64,000 nucleotides of DNA, taken from the human T2T-CHM13v2.0 reference genome, Homo sapiens. This document shows positions 25,270 to 39,000 of this stretch, one piece after another. The translations under genes and the position numbers were made by a program. The notes below the pieces were generated by a model. That model saw only the letters and a program-made list of their open reading frames with translations. It ran no database searches and was not told the origin of the DNA. Location: the NCBI RefSeq assembly GCF_009914755.1, contig NC_060938.1; one strand, given 5' to 3'. How positions within the stretch are numbered: position 1 is the stretch's first letter; every line of letters starts with the position of its first letter.

Positions 25270-25470
25270 CTGGACTTGGAGCCAGAAGAAACAAGCTGGA
25301 GTCCTCCTTCTGCTTCTTGCTGATCATATAATGTCCAGCATGTAATGATCATATAATGTCTGCCTGTTAGATCCCCCATCTGTCCAATTAGGACAAGAAT
25401 ACACTTTCTGCTTCTCTGTAGGACTGTTCCCCATAAAATGAGATGAGGTGGGCATGAAACCCACAAAAGC
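25270..25470 (+). mobile_element. MIR
   Basis: ggacttggagccagaag ... ccccatctgt ... aaaatgagatgagg. Confidence 0.5.
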
Positions 25471-26446
25471 CTACAGTGCAAAGGTCCATGGATGTATCTT
25501 TTTGTTTTTTAGTTTAGAAGGAAAAACTGTAATCTAATCATTTAGTACAAAACATGATTGTCTATTCACCTATTTTCACTGGCCAATTTATGTTGTTCCT
25601 ATTTTTAGTCACAGGAATCCTCTTCCTATCCAATTATACTTTTTTTCATTAGCTTGACCACTAAAACACACATAGACATGTGTTTGTGACTGAGAAAATT
25701 ATCTGGAATTCCTAAGATAACAATGGCAAATATCTCAGGACTGAGAAAATTTGCTTTCATAAAACTGAGAACTAGGATTTCTAAATTTGGGGTTAGTGGT
25801 GAGGGGTGGCAAGAACTGAGGGAGGTAAGTAAGAGATAATACTAGATAGATGCCTATGTTTTTCAAATCATAGTAAGATTTGCATGTAATAATTCTTTAT
25901 ATTTCTCAAGGACGCCTTTTTCATATAAATTTCCTATCTTATAATACAAACTCTGTGCTGACACCATTCTCTTGCCATCCCTTTTCTTTTGTAATTTACC
26001 CTCCTTTCCCCAACCTGCCACCTCAGTCCTTCCCCTGCCCCGCCTTCTGCCTAAAGGTGGCCTCATTGTTATTCTCTGGCCAGTACCTTTATGGCAAATC
26101 CCTCTAAAGCAAGAAATGTAAAGCTGTGGCCTGTAGTTCCATGCACAGCCCTACTCAGCAGCACCAAACACAGTTATAGCCAAAACAAAAAAGAAAGTCC
26201 AAGGGAACACCTATCTAAACAGTAGTGGTGAGTCCACTCTCCAAGCCACCCCAAACATGGTGCCACTCTCATTATATGGAACTTCTGCTTTTTGCCAATA
26301 ATCAGAAATAGGAAAGTGCACACAGTATGCACAATGACCTAATTGCTCATATGGAATTCAACAGCAGTCATGCTGTCGCCACTGTAAAAGATCTAGTTCT
26401 CCAATTAATCACAATCTGTTACGATGAGTGAGGAGGTTTGAGGTGT

Positions 26447-26939
<493 letters not shown>

Positions 26940-27619
26940 TAAGAGTGACTTGTCACTTTGGCTCCAGGCCTGGTGCTGGCTCCCTTACTGTCCTTAGCCT
27001 CAGTCTTGTCCATTCCTCTCCCACCACCCATGCTCCATTGCTGGTGAGGGGTAGATGGCAACTGGGCTCTCCAGATAACACCCAAGGCTATGGTCTATGC
27101 TGGGGAAGAGCAAGGGAAATATAGGTCCTTTCAGAGTTATGAAACTCTTCAAGTGTCTTGCAAATGCCCTTTGCACATGAAAGTAGAGAGGCATACCCCT
27201 CCCTAATCCTGGGGAGGTAAGTATTCTCTGATTCCTAAAATCCTCCAGGAGCTAGAGCAGTTGTGAGAGCTATCTCCAGGACAGATGAGTCCCTCCTGTC
27301 TGTATGTCTTAAAACATAATTTCCCATAAAAACCATGATAGAAGAAGAAATAGAGCCCCAGGACAGCAATTAGGGGTGCCACTTCCTGGAAGTATTTCAG
27401 CTGCATTGCCACAGCTCCAGTCTGAGTTCTGCTCACCTTCTGTCTGGACAACTGCAGCGACTTCCAAGGTGGTTCTTTCCGAACCACTCATCCTTTCTCT
27501 AGCCTGCTATTAAATCATTTTCCTCACATATAAATTATTTTCATTAATATCTTTGTTTCTGTCTACTAGGTCCCATGCTATTCCTTGGTATAATGTTTTT
27601 AAATATCTTTAAAAAATTA

Positions 27620-28035
27620 GAGTATTTGAGGTTTACAACATGATGTTATGGGACACATACTGATGGTAAAATAGTTACTACGGTGAAGCAGATTAACATC
27701 TATCATCACACAGTTGCTTTTTTGTGTGTGACAAGAGCACCTACTTCTTTAACAAAAATCTCTGACACTATATAATTTTATGAACTTTATTCCTCATGTT
27801 GTACATTTGATCTCTAGATTTGTTCATCCTACATATCTGCTGTTTTATATCCTTTGATCTACATCTCCCCAGTCTCCTCATTTCCTCTCCGTGCCACCCC
27901 ATAGCCCCACCCCTGGTAGCCACTGTTCCATTCTCTATCTCTCTTTTTTATTTTTCCAATATTTCACTTATGCAATACTCTTCTTTCTGTGTCTGGCTTA
28001 TTTCGCTTAGCATAATGTCCTATAGATCCATCCAT
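27620..28035 (-). mobile_element. L1MA 3' region
   Basis: tacaacatgatgtt ... tctctagatttgttcatcct ... tgtgtctggcttatttcgcttagcataatgtcc. Confidence 0.8.
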
Positions 28036-28719
28036 AAAAATTGTGTTTTTAAAAACACAATCAAACTGCATCAAATTTAAATATGTTGCTAGAGTATCTG
28101 GAAAAATAGCCAGAAAGGATAATAATTTATGTTTTATTCAGAAAGTAATCTAGAAATTATTCACCAGTTTGATTCAAGATAATAAAATACCGTGTAACCA
28201 GCCATTCTTTCTTGCCTTTAAGGATAACAGTCTCTTTTAGGGGTTAGACATACCAAACACATGAAATTCATTTTTAATAATTTATAATTTTACTTCTTTC
28301 CTTTACTCTAGAATTTGAGGTAGAGATAGTAGGTATGTTGTTTTGACTAAGCCAGAAATTTTCTTTTTGGTAGTGGGTTAGAACTCTTTGTATGCATAGC
28401 AGTATTTTTAGTTTTTGGCAGAAAAGTTATTGTGAGGCCTAAGTTGGCAGTCTTTGAGTTTTTATTTTATTATTCCATATTTTTTTGAGTCATTAAAGAG
28501 GTTGAAAGTCAAAATGTTCCAGAAATATTTTTCACTTTCCTTTGGTTACAAAATAGGACCCCCTTTCCACAAAAGCTTAGTACATATCCCCCCATAGTAT
28601 ATTAAAGAGGTTAAAGAAACGATAAGTGAAAAAGCCATTAAGCTTATTGTATTTTTTAAATTTCCCCCCTTTTCCTGTTTTATTCCCCAAAGTCATGCAA
28701 AAATGCTGCTTAGATCATG

Positions 28720-28920
28720 TGAACAGAGAATATAAAATGGCCCTCCCCAGATTATAGTGATTCTGAACAGCATGTTAGCAAAGAAGGTATTTATGGCTGA
28801 CAGAGTAATGGGAGAATTTATATTTTAAAATAATAGATTATTCATGCAGGCACCATAATAGTGCTATCTGCCATTAGCACAAAGAAATGCAAGACCATGC
28901 ATGGGGTTATGATCAAAACA
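28720..28920. promoter_or_regulatory. Candidate HOX/MEIS enhancer
   Basis: TTTATGG (28790-28796) next to TGACAG (28798-28803), with further TAAT cores. Confidence 0.35.
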
Positions 28921-31250
28921 GACAGTTCAACCAACCTACATGGCCACAGAGGTTATTCCACCTGGTATTCTGAACCTTCTCAGTAGAAGGAACATTTTGA
29001 TGTTTTGCTAGTGGAACACGGGGCCGCTACAACCTTTAACCCTATCTGCAACATGAGCTGCCGAAGATTCATGCAGAGAAGTGCATCTATCCTTACTTAG
29101 CGCCAGGCCAGGCTTGCTCCGACTTCGCAAGCCTGCTCAACGAGTGCCAGGAGTACCCAGTGACCCCTCGTTACCCTGCGCAACCCAGAGGGATCATGGC
29201 TAGAACATCACTGTTTTTGTTTGTGAAGGAAGTTGCTAACTGAAGTGGAAGGATGCTCAAAGTGCTCGGTAAAGAATGGTTCTTCCTGTCTACTAAAATT
29301 GCTGCTTTCACAGTTCCACGATATTCTTCTCCATCTCTCCCTTGAAACCTTTTTTTTTGAAATTGTATGTTTGCTTATTTGCAAAGGCTACTTAGCGCCT
29401 TCATTTTCCAAGATTTCTTATGCACATATATAATTTCCCAGTCTGAATCCATGAAAAACCAAAATGGGTAAATATATTTTTAAATGAATATAGTTTTATT
29501 ACTTTCTCATAAATACTAATTATCATGGATTCAAACCAAATACTAACAAAATGTTTCTAAGTATATGCATCCTGATTTATGAATCAATAGCATATTTGTA
29601 ATTGGCACACTGATTGTAAGCCAACACAGATGAAAAGTTTGGCAAACTTTCTACACAGTGAGATAATAATTTTTCTCTATATTTGTGTTATTTCATTTGC
29701 TCAGCAAACCCTTTTTGTATAGACTCAACAAAGTGGATCCCTCATGTATGTTAACAAATTCTTAATTTAATATGGGTCTACATGACCATTCTCTGGGCCA
29801 CAGCCATTGCAGAATGCCTACTTCAAGTGTTAATCTCCAGGGTGGAACAGTCAAACTATGGAATCAGGAGAGGCTTTGTAACAACATTACAAACTTGGTT
29901 TGAACAAGTTACTTATATCCATGAGAAGCAGTTTCTTCAGTTATAAAACAGGAAGAATAATCCTGGGAATAACACACTAATGTGCGTAAAGTTCTTAAAG
30001 ATCCTCTTGTGAGAGTGCAATAAAAGGACAAAGTAATATTATTGGTACCTTGTCAACACTCAAACAATACATTTAGGTATTAAGCAGTGACTATAAATAT
30101 AAGTAGAATCAGGGCCTGCAGTATAATCACATAATCCCAGTCCGTGTACTCACCCAGAACTATAATTTAGTTACACATTCCAAGAAGACAAATGATTCAA
30201 CATGAACGCATCTATTCAACTTTATTATATCAGAATTACAAACTCGCTTGTGATGGGGAGGGTAACAATCTTCCTATATTTGTCTCACCAATTCAGTTCT
30301 GACTTGTTTTATTAATTTAGTTTTTTTTCCCTCTATATGGATTTTTATATAAATAGATGATAAACTTTTCTAAATTAACTGAAGGAATGGTTTGGTTGGA
30401 CTCTGACTTTGCCTTTAAATTTTCTATTCCATGTTCAATTTTAAAGGTTTGTGGTTACTTTTAAAGAATCTGGACCCATTGTCTAACTGACATATTAATT
30501 TCATTCTTTTTGTAAATATCTGTTAACTTACCTTCCCTTTTAGAATCCCCAGAATTGATCAAATTGAAGGCAAACTAAAAATGGTCCCTTTTGATCCTGA
30601 CCTACAGAGTAGACTTATGCTTTAAGCAAACAACATCACATTTCATATCATAATCACCATGACTTTCCACATAAAAATAATAAATATGCAATTCCACAAG
30701 TACATCAATCTTTCACACTCCACTAAATTTAAAGTCTTGGTTTATGTTTTTTAATAAGTCTCTCAATCATATCAGTGAATCTTGGTTATAATTTTTGATA
30801 AAATTATGATTCAGATTTTTATTACTTTAAAGAATTTTCAAAAGAAACTTAAATTTCTTCATGTTTAACAAAATAGATCTCATGAGATTGTGATATTTGC
30901 AGACAATGTTATAGTTTCTAACATTCCAATGCTTGAATAGTCTCATTTTGTTTTTGGCATATAAATACACACAAACCATGTAGACATACTTTCCAAATAA
31001 GAACTATAGCATTCTTATTAATTCCTATTAGAAATAAAAGTAGAATATTCTGGAGTGAGTTCAATATTTCTTGGAGAATACTAGGCCAGAAATATTTTCT
31101 TTCCAGGTTTATTCTCCACTCTCTCATCCTAATAGATTCTCATTAAGTTATGACAAAGAGATTAAAAAATAAATCACAGTCCATAAGAGAGCCCTAATCA
31201 TCTGAGAACAGTTTGTGAATATACTTTGGTTTGAGATAAGAGCTTCATGG

Positions 31251-31450
31251 TTAATTGTACATTTAAAAATAACTAAAAGAGTATAATTTGATTGCTTGTA
31301 ACACAAAGAATAAATGCTTGAGGGGATGAATATCCAATTGCCCATGATGTGATTATTACATATTACATGCATGTACCAAAATATCTCATGTACCCCATAA
31401 ATATATACAGCTACTATGTACCTACAAAATTAAAAGTTTTTAAAAATTAA
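31251..31450 (+). mobile_element. L1MA (L1MA1-3-like) 3' end
   Basis: aattgtacatttaaaaataactaaaagagtataat ... tactatgtacctacaaaattaaaa; degenerate TSD aagagcttcatgg / aaatgctacatgg. Confidence 0.85.
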
Positions 31451-33235
31451 GGAATTAAACTCTTAAACAAACAAAAAAATGCTACATGGAACGTAAGAAA
31501 CACACAGTGGAAATTCGCTAGCACTGTCCACCTGAGGTATCCCAGTCACAGCCATGACCAACAGCAAAATTTCCATTTCCAAGGTAGCTTCTCTCTTCCC
31601 TCTGCTCTTCTAATACATGTGCTATCCCCAAAGAAGTAGTCCAAGAAAGTGTCCCCTAAAAAGGTGTGTTGTGGGGAGTTGCCATCAACACAGTGGTCTG
31701 TTACTCCATAGCCATCCTAACAACTCCCTACCAGATGGTCCATAGAGAAAGGACCTCCATGCAATGTGAAGGCAAATTAGAGGAAATTCTTGAGGTGATC
31801 AGTGGAATTGTTTAGAGTCTTTTTTATCTACTCAACTCAGACACCTCAGAGAAGAGCCCTTGTGTGTCCTGGAGTGGACTCAGCACATCCTGATCTAAAG
31901 TCCCATTTGATCAGGAAATCAGCATCACGATCTTATCATTTCCCAAAGACCATCCCTGATTTTCTAATAGGAAATGTCACTGCTTCTTTCCCTATCTACA
32001 CACTGTACTCTCACCTCCCAGGTCACTAAGTCTGCTCCTCTGCGACATTCCCATCGAATAACAACTGTTATCTGCCCTGTGCAAGGGTTTCTTGAACTCC
32101 GCAGTCTAAAGAAAAGTTAGCAAATTGTGGCAGTAGAATTCTTTCTTCTATTGAAATTAAAGCATTCTAAAACAAATGTTTCTACATGGAGCCCTTCTGG
32201 TTGGGGAACTTGGGGAACCAGAACTTTATCCCTTGAGTTCCTTCTTTCTTGACACCTCATTTAGCAGCCCCCGAAGGGATTCTACAGGGAATGAAAAATC
32301 TCTGAATTAGGCAGCAAAAGGAAACTTCCATGTGAACTTTTATTTCTCTATAAAGAAATATAGGTATACTTTATTTCTCTATATAGAAATATATATATGT
32401 ATATCCCCTTAGCTCCATCTAAATATGACAGTCAACAAAATGTACCTGCCGCCACAACCAACTCTTGTATGAGAACTTGATTTTTCCTCCTTTTGAATGG
32501 TGAATTAATTTTAGAATGAAATCACAAGATTTATGGGTTGTAGGTCTACATACATCACTACTAACTGAAGATCAATGGTATTTCTGTCTTTCATGATGCC
32601 ACAGACCTGATCCTCTAGAAGTGGGGAGAAACAGACCTTCCTCGCCTTCATATTTGTGGTTCTACCACATTCCCACAAGTGAGTACTTTCTTCTCTGGTC
32701 TTTACCTGATGTCCCCTATTTATATGATAAGCCTCAGGAGGCCAGGGATCTTGCCTATGTTAGTCATCTCTACCAAACACCAAAAGACTCTACTAACCAT
32801 ACATGAGCACTTAGTAACCAGTGCTTGATGGAGTCAATAGAGAAGAACTTTATTAGAAGTATGTATAGTCATTTGACCTGAAAATGCTGAGTTTTTGTGC
32901 ACCTGTTAATTATGAAAAACTTTTCCCCACACCCAAAACGCGGGCTTGCTAAGCAGATGATGCTTGTTACTAAGCAAGCAACTCAGCCTTGCTCCTAAAA
33001 GCACCTCACACTATTAGCCTTGTATCTTTATGCCTGTGAAAAGCATACAGTAACAAGCTTCTACTTTCCTAAGGATATACAAATCAAATGTCAACCGAAT
33101 CCAGCAGTAACAAATGTGCATTGGGTAGTGGGTACTGGAGGTACAATGATGAAGATTGACAGCACACTCCCTGCCTGTGTGGAGACTGCAGCTGAGGCAG
33201 GGAAGATGGACATTGCACATGGTGCCACATGCACT

Positions 33236-33269
33236 TGTGTGTGTGTGTGTGTCTGTGTGTGTGCGTGTG
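33236..33269. repeat. Imperfect (TG)n microsatellite
   Basis: tgtgtgtgtgtgtgtgtctgtgtgtgtgcgtgtg. Confidence 0.9.
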
Positions 33270-34901
33270 GGTGTAATACAATCCTCAATAATGCAGAATG
33301 TGAAAAAGACATCCATCAAATGGTCACCCAAACGAGTGCCACAAAGGAAGGACACCGTCCTATAAGCACCTCAACTTAAGAGCTCTAACCTAAGCAAGAA
33401 GGTTGGGTTACAGGCTGAGACTAGAAAGAGAGCAGCAGTTAAGAAAGCAAAGCAAACAGGGAAGAGCACACGTAGTGGAGGTAACAGCATGTACAAAAGT
33501 GCTAGTAGAAGAGAGCTTGGCAAATACCAGAAGCTAAGAGAGGGCCAGTGAGGAATAGTTTCTTAACGTGAGGTAAAGTGAAAATGTTTCTGAAAGCGAA
33601 AAAGATCAAGCAAACTCTAAAGTCACTCCTGTTATTGGTCCACATGCAACCTGATTCTTTTCCCTCATAGCCTCTTCCCCTGGAACGACAGCACAGCTAA
33701 GCCCCTCTACTGAGAGTGGGAGGTCCTGCTGATTGACAAGAAGTCACTGGTGAGTCACAGTCAGTCATTCCTGACAAGCCCGGCTTATTATTAAATGTAG
33801 TGGAGCAGTGAATTCAATGGTTAGAAATGGAATGGAGAGAGCCTGAGAAAGGCAGTGAGGCAGCCTAGAGGAAAGCCACCTCCATGGAACAGGAAGTCTT
33901 TTCTCTTTTCAGAGCATCATCCATCATGCTGGGGAAACGGCAGGAACGTAACCTACTACTTCTTAATAGGCTTCTGCACAGAGAGTGGCTTTGAAGCAGC
34001 AGCTGCCCACAGTAAATTTCACTGACCCTTAGAGCCTTTCTCCAAGTTTTCCAACTGTTTTGTCTCCTGAGCTGCAGCTCAGCGTTGGGTCCAAGTTACA
34101 GCACCTGACTAAACTAAGGAGCCTCCCCGGTATGAGAATGGAAAGCGTTCAGCGATGTTGTCTTTTCTGTGCTACCCCAACAGTGAGACATGATGCCATT
34201 CCATCTGGCCATAAAGTGTATTCTTTCCCAGGGAGAAGAGGCTCAGCAAGGGACTTTTATTTTAAGGTCTGGTATTTTACTGTACACATATCAAAGAAAA
34301 TAAAGTGAAATACAGTACAATCCCAAGATAATGCAGCCAAGGGGTCAAGTCTTCTCAATAAAGCAGATTTAATAAGTCTACTAAGGCCAAAGGCCTTTTG
34401 AGTTCATTCAGGCTTTAATTTTTTAATTATGAAGTTGCGGAGACATAAAAATCCAAAGATGATGTCAGAAATAAGCACTTTGGAAATTAATATATCGGAA
34501 AATTCAGCTTTTTCCTCTTCTGCATAATTTTCATAACAATCCCAATTTTAGGAAATATAATTCTTATGTACAAAACAGACAAAAATTAATGAAATAAATA
34601 AATATGTTGTCTTTGATGCCCACCAAAGTTGATGTTCCAGACCCCCTGTTAATAGAGCTTGTGTGCTGAGCTGCTTTTCCAAGAGCGGGAACAGATGTGC
34701 TTAGCTCTTAGATCCTGTCTTCGAGCCTGGTCCTCCCATGGACTGTGGAAGACCTTCGTGAAAGAGGGGCTGTGATTACAGGCCACAGTAAATCTACCTG
34801 ACACATGAAGGCCTGAAATCATACTCTGACTTTTGCTGTCAACTGAGCTGAGTATTAGGGCCCAAGGAACTCCTAGAAACTCGGTTTTCAAAAAACAAAA
34901 A

Positions 34902-35194
34902 TTTTTTTAGAGACAGGGTCTTACCCGGTGGCCCAGGCTGGAGTGCAGTGGTGCAATCATAGAGCACTATAGCTTCCAACTCCTAGGCTTAAATGATCCT
35001 CCCGCCTCAGCCTGTTTGGGAGCTGGGACAACAGGCATGCACCACCACACCTGGCTAATTAAAAAAAAAAAATTTATGGAGATGGGGTCTCGGTACGTTA
35101 TCTATACTGGTCCCAAACTCTTGGGCTCAGGCCATCCTACCTCCTTGGCCTCCCAAAATGTTGAGATTAAAGGCATGAGCCGCTGCACCCAGCC
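34902..35194 (-). mobile_element. AluJ
   Basis: Antisense dimeric Alu with J-type gatcctccc and ggctcaggccatcc. Confidence 0.9.
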
Positions 35195-36540
35195 AGACAC
35201 TTACTTTTATACTTCAATTCTTCCAGCCCAAGCAGGGGATCGAGGCAGATGCAAGCAGGAGGGTTCTGGTGGCTCAGGTTTTGAGTCCTGCTCTCCCAGG
35301 TAAAATGCCTCTCAGGTGCCTTAGAGCCTCAGGATAGGGGAAGAGCAGAAAGGGAAGCAAGGCTCCAGATTCCATTGTCTCTGACTATCTTAAACAAAGA
35401 CCCAGATAAATTCCTATAAAGTTGTTACAATTGAGCATTTTCCTAATGAAACCATCTCCTTTGGATTCTACTCACTTTCCTTAGACATGAAAGTCTCAGA
35501 AGAAAAAAACAAACAATATATCAGTGATTTTTTAATTATGAAGAGAAAATTTAAAAATATAGCTAGCTCTCAGTCAGGATTGTGATCACCGCCATAATAA
35601 TGATTATCTGTGACCATCAGTTGAACAAAGATCATAGGCTGGGCACTTTTCATCCCTTCTCTCCTTGAGGTCTGGAATCCTGTGGTTGTCCAGGATGGTA
35701 TAACCAGAATAGGTGCTCAAGAAACATTTGCTGATGGAATCGTGAATGAATAGATGAGCCTAAGAGCAAAATTCACTAACATACATGGAAGTTACTGAGT
35801 CAGGGTCATGTCATGCATGTATACACCTTTAGGCCAACTTCAAAGTAAAGGAAATATCCAATTAATTTTATATTTTAATTACTAGTATAATAAATCTAAC
35901 TAATTATGAACTAATATGAAACAATAACTAGAGGGAATTAAGTCAACAATTACCAGCAATGATGAAAGAATGGCATTACTAATTACCTCTCTATCCCCAT
36001 GGGCTGGGTCAAAAGTAAAATAACAAGCCAGGTTAGGGTGAACAAAAATCCAGCTGCACACCGATCCTGAGCACTAGCATTAAGTTCTAAGATTCAAGAC
36101 TGTTCCCATTCCATGCCTGCATAGGTCGAGCCATGTGAAATTGCTGTTTGTGTTAAAATACTCAAACATCTTTAGTTTTATATGGCTTGATCTAATATTT
36201 TCATGTAGGTGTCCTTCTCCTGAACTACAAGTAAATGTAAGAAATTACTATAGGTTAGGAATATTACTAATATTTCATTCTTTGAAAACCTTTTAGAAAT
36301 TTTGTTAAAATTTCTAGCCTCTTTACATTTATAGAGTCTATGTTTATATATTCATTTGTACAAAATATTCACACCTTGAATATACTGAATCAATCCCTGC
36401 TCATAGGGACTCAAAGATTTCTTAGCAGAGGAGATAAATAAGCAAATAAAGCTCTTCAAAATGTTTACAGTTCAGGTAAACATGTGAGGTCATTAGGTGA
36501 GGCAAACTGAAATGAACTTTCCGAGTCCCTTCAGTATTTG

Positions 36541-37179
36541 TGATACAGGAGTTAAAATGAAATTATTTAGGCAGATACTGAGGGGTAAGGAAGTCCTTGG
36601 TAAGGTTCTCTTTTTAATGAAAAGCAGCCCCAACATCATTTTCTTTTCTAACAAAGAGCAGCCTGTAGAATTGAGCTGCAGACATAGACAAACAAGCTAG
36701 AAGCTTGCACAGGTGAATGCCAGCAGTTGTGCCAATAGGAAAAAGCTACCTGGAAACAGGCATGTTCTAACTGGTGGCTCCATCTTCTCTTTTCTTTGCC
36801 AGCCATGTGTACAGTAGGGAGCAGACAAGATGGCGCTGGCCAAGTAGAAAGCCCATTTGCATAATAAGATTAGGGTGGGGTGACCAGCCTTTCCTGCGTC
36901 CTATGTAAATATCAGACCTGGTCAAGCCAATCTGCGGGCCCTAGATAAACCAGACACCACCTCCTCAAGCCTCCCTATAAAATCTGCTATGGTCCGCTGC
37001 TCCCTTTCGGGCACCTCTCTCTCAAAAAGGAGAAAGAGAGAGAGAGCTGCTCTCCTCTCTCCTTTCTTCTGCCTATTAAACTTTCCACTCCTTAACCCAC
37101 CCACATGTGTCCATGTCCTAATCTTCTTGGCGCCACACACGAACCTCGGGTATTTACCCCAGACAATGATGCCGCTTCA
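36541..37179 (+). mobile_element. LTR9/LTR9B-like ERV1 solo LTR
   Basis: TG...CA termini (tgatacaggagtt ... gccgcttca), near 4-bp TSD tttg/tatg, TATAAAA at 36976-36982, ATTAAA at 37075-37080; family assigned from recalled consensus. Confidence 0.8.
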
Positions 37180-37398
37180 TATGCCCATTAATGTAGAAGT
37201 GGTAATAGGCTTCTGAGAGATTATTTCCTACTTTCTTCCTCAAAGTACAAGTACTAGTTGGGAAAGGCAAGTCCTGAGTCTTGGACTATTATAGCAAAAG
37301 TAAAGAAATACTGGCTGTAAATATTGTGTTAAGAAGAGGACACAAATACTATTGGGGATTACTTTTTAATTGTGTGTATATATACACACACATATATA

Positions 37399-37743
37399 CA
37401 GTTATGTGCTAAATAAGGATGTTTTGGTCAATGGCAGATTATATGTATGATAATGGTCCCGTAAGATTATAACATATTTTTATTGTACCTTTTCTAGGTT
37501 TAGATATTTTTGGATACACACATACATACCATTGTGTTACAGTTGCCTACAGTATTCAGTGCAGTACCATGCTGTACAGGTTTGTAGCCTAGGAGCAATA
37601 GGTTATAGCATATAGTCTAGGTGTGTAGTAAACTATCCCATTTAGGTTTGTGTAAGTACCCTCTATGATGTGTGTATAAGGACAAAAGCACCTAATGAAG
37701 CACTTCTCAGAATGTATTCCCATCATTAAGCGATTCATGACTA
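37399..37743 (+). mobile_element. Tigger3a/MER7A-like TcMar MITE
   Basis: cagttatgtgc...ggtcccgtaagattataa ... cattaagcgattcatgact, flanked by TA. Confidence 0.8.
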
Positions 37744-38212
37744 TATTTCAATACATACATATTTACCAATCATCAAGGATGTATAAATATGCTGGATACC
37801 AAGGAAAATATAAGAATAATTAAGGCCATGGTCATCCCTTTCATAGATCTTAAATTCTAGCCACAAAGAGGGAAGTAAACATAACGAACTTTAGTGGGAG
37901 GCAAAGGTTAACAGGCCAGGAAAGAAAATCAAGTAAACTGAACACTGGCCAGCAGGCTTAGGGGACAAGGCAGCAGATTCAAGGATGGCCTTACAGAGAA
38001 ATGGTATCTGAGAAGGCCATGACCAGTACCCTGGCAGGTAGTAATTGACGAGGGAGGTTTAGAGAATTCAAAGCAAAGGAACATGAGAAAAAGCAATAGA
38101 GACCATAAAGGCAAAGCAAGATCAGAGAAATCCAAAAGCCTGGAGTATATAGGGTATAGAGAGTGGCATGGAGGGAAGAATAGAAGAATAAATTAGAGTT
38201 AGAATGTGGAAC

Positions 38213-38494
38213 TTTTTTGTTTGTTTGGGTTTTTTGTTGTTTGTTTGTTTTGAGACAAAGACAAGGTCTCTCTCATGCAGGCTGGAGTATACTGGCACAA
38301 TCATGGCTCACTGCAGCCTTAAACTCCTGGGCTCAAGTGATCCTCCCATCTTAACCTCCCAAGTAGCTGGGACTACAGGAACACATCACTATGCCTGGCT
38401 AATTTTTATTTTTATTTATTTATTTATTTTATTTTATTTTATTTTATTTTATTTTATTTTAGTAGAAATAGGGTCTTGCTATGTTTTCCAGGCT
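38213..38494 (-). mobile_element. AluJ, 5'-truncated, with (TTTTA)n-expanded linker
   Basis: Antisense right arm plus part of left arm; TTTTA array at 38402-38460. Confidence 0.88.
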
Positions 38495-38499
38495 TGCAA

Positions 38500-39000
38500 G
38501 ATCTTAATCATGAAGGAAAGAGTCAAATTTATTCAGTAGGCAGTAGAGAGGCACTAAAGGATTTAGGGCAGAAATAAGTGTTAGAGCCACATTTTAGAAA
38601 AATCTGGCAGTGTATGTAAGACAGATAGGAATGGCAGGAAGCAGAGAAGCTGGAGGTGGCAACTGTAGTAGGGGGATGGCAATGGTGGGGAGACAAGTGA
38701 TGTCAGGAACAGAGGAGAAAAGGGGTGAACAACTGTAGTGACATGAACACGGAACTGAGCAAAGGCACGTGAGAAACATAGCGGAGGCTGCCTCCGTGGG
38801 GTGTGGTGGCCAGTTACATATGGAGCAAGGAGAAGCCCTAAGGTAAAGAAAACAGAAAAGTTGCAGCTAGGATGACTGTCTGCTTCCATTACCAGAAAGA
38901 GAGACATGATGAATTTATTGCATTAGAGGGACACCGATGGAAAGGTGTTCAGCAGGGAATGAGGAAGACAGATTTGAGCTCAAGAGAGAGGCTGGGGCCT
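38500..39000 (-). mobile_element. L2 fragment
   Basis: gtaggcagtagagaggcactaaaggatttagggcaga ... gagctcaagagagaggctgggg. Confidence 0.55.
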
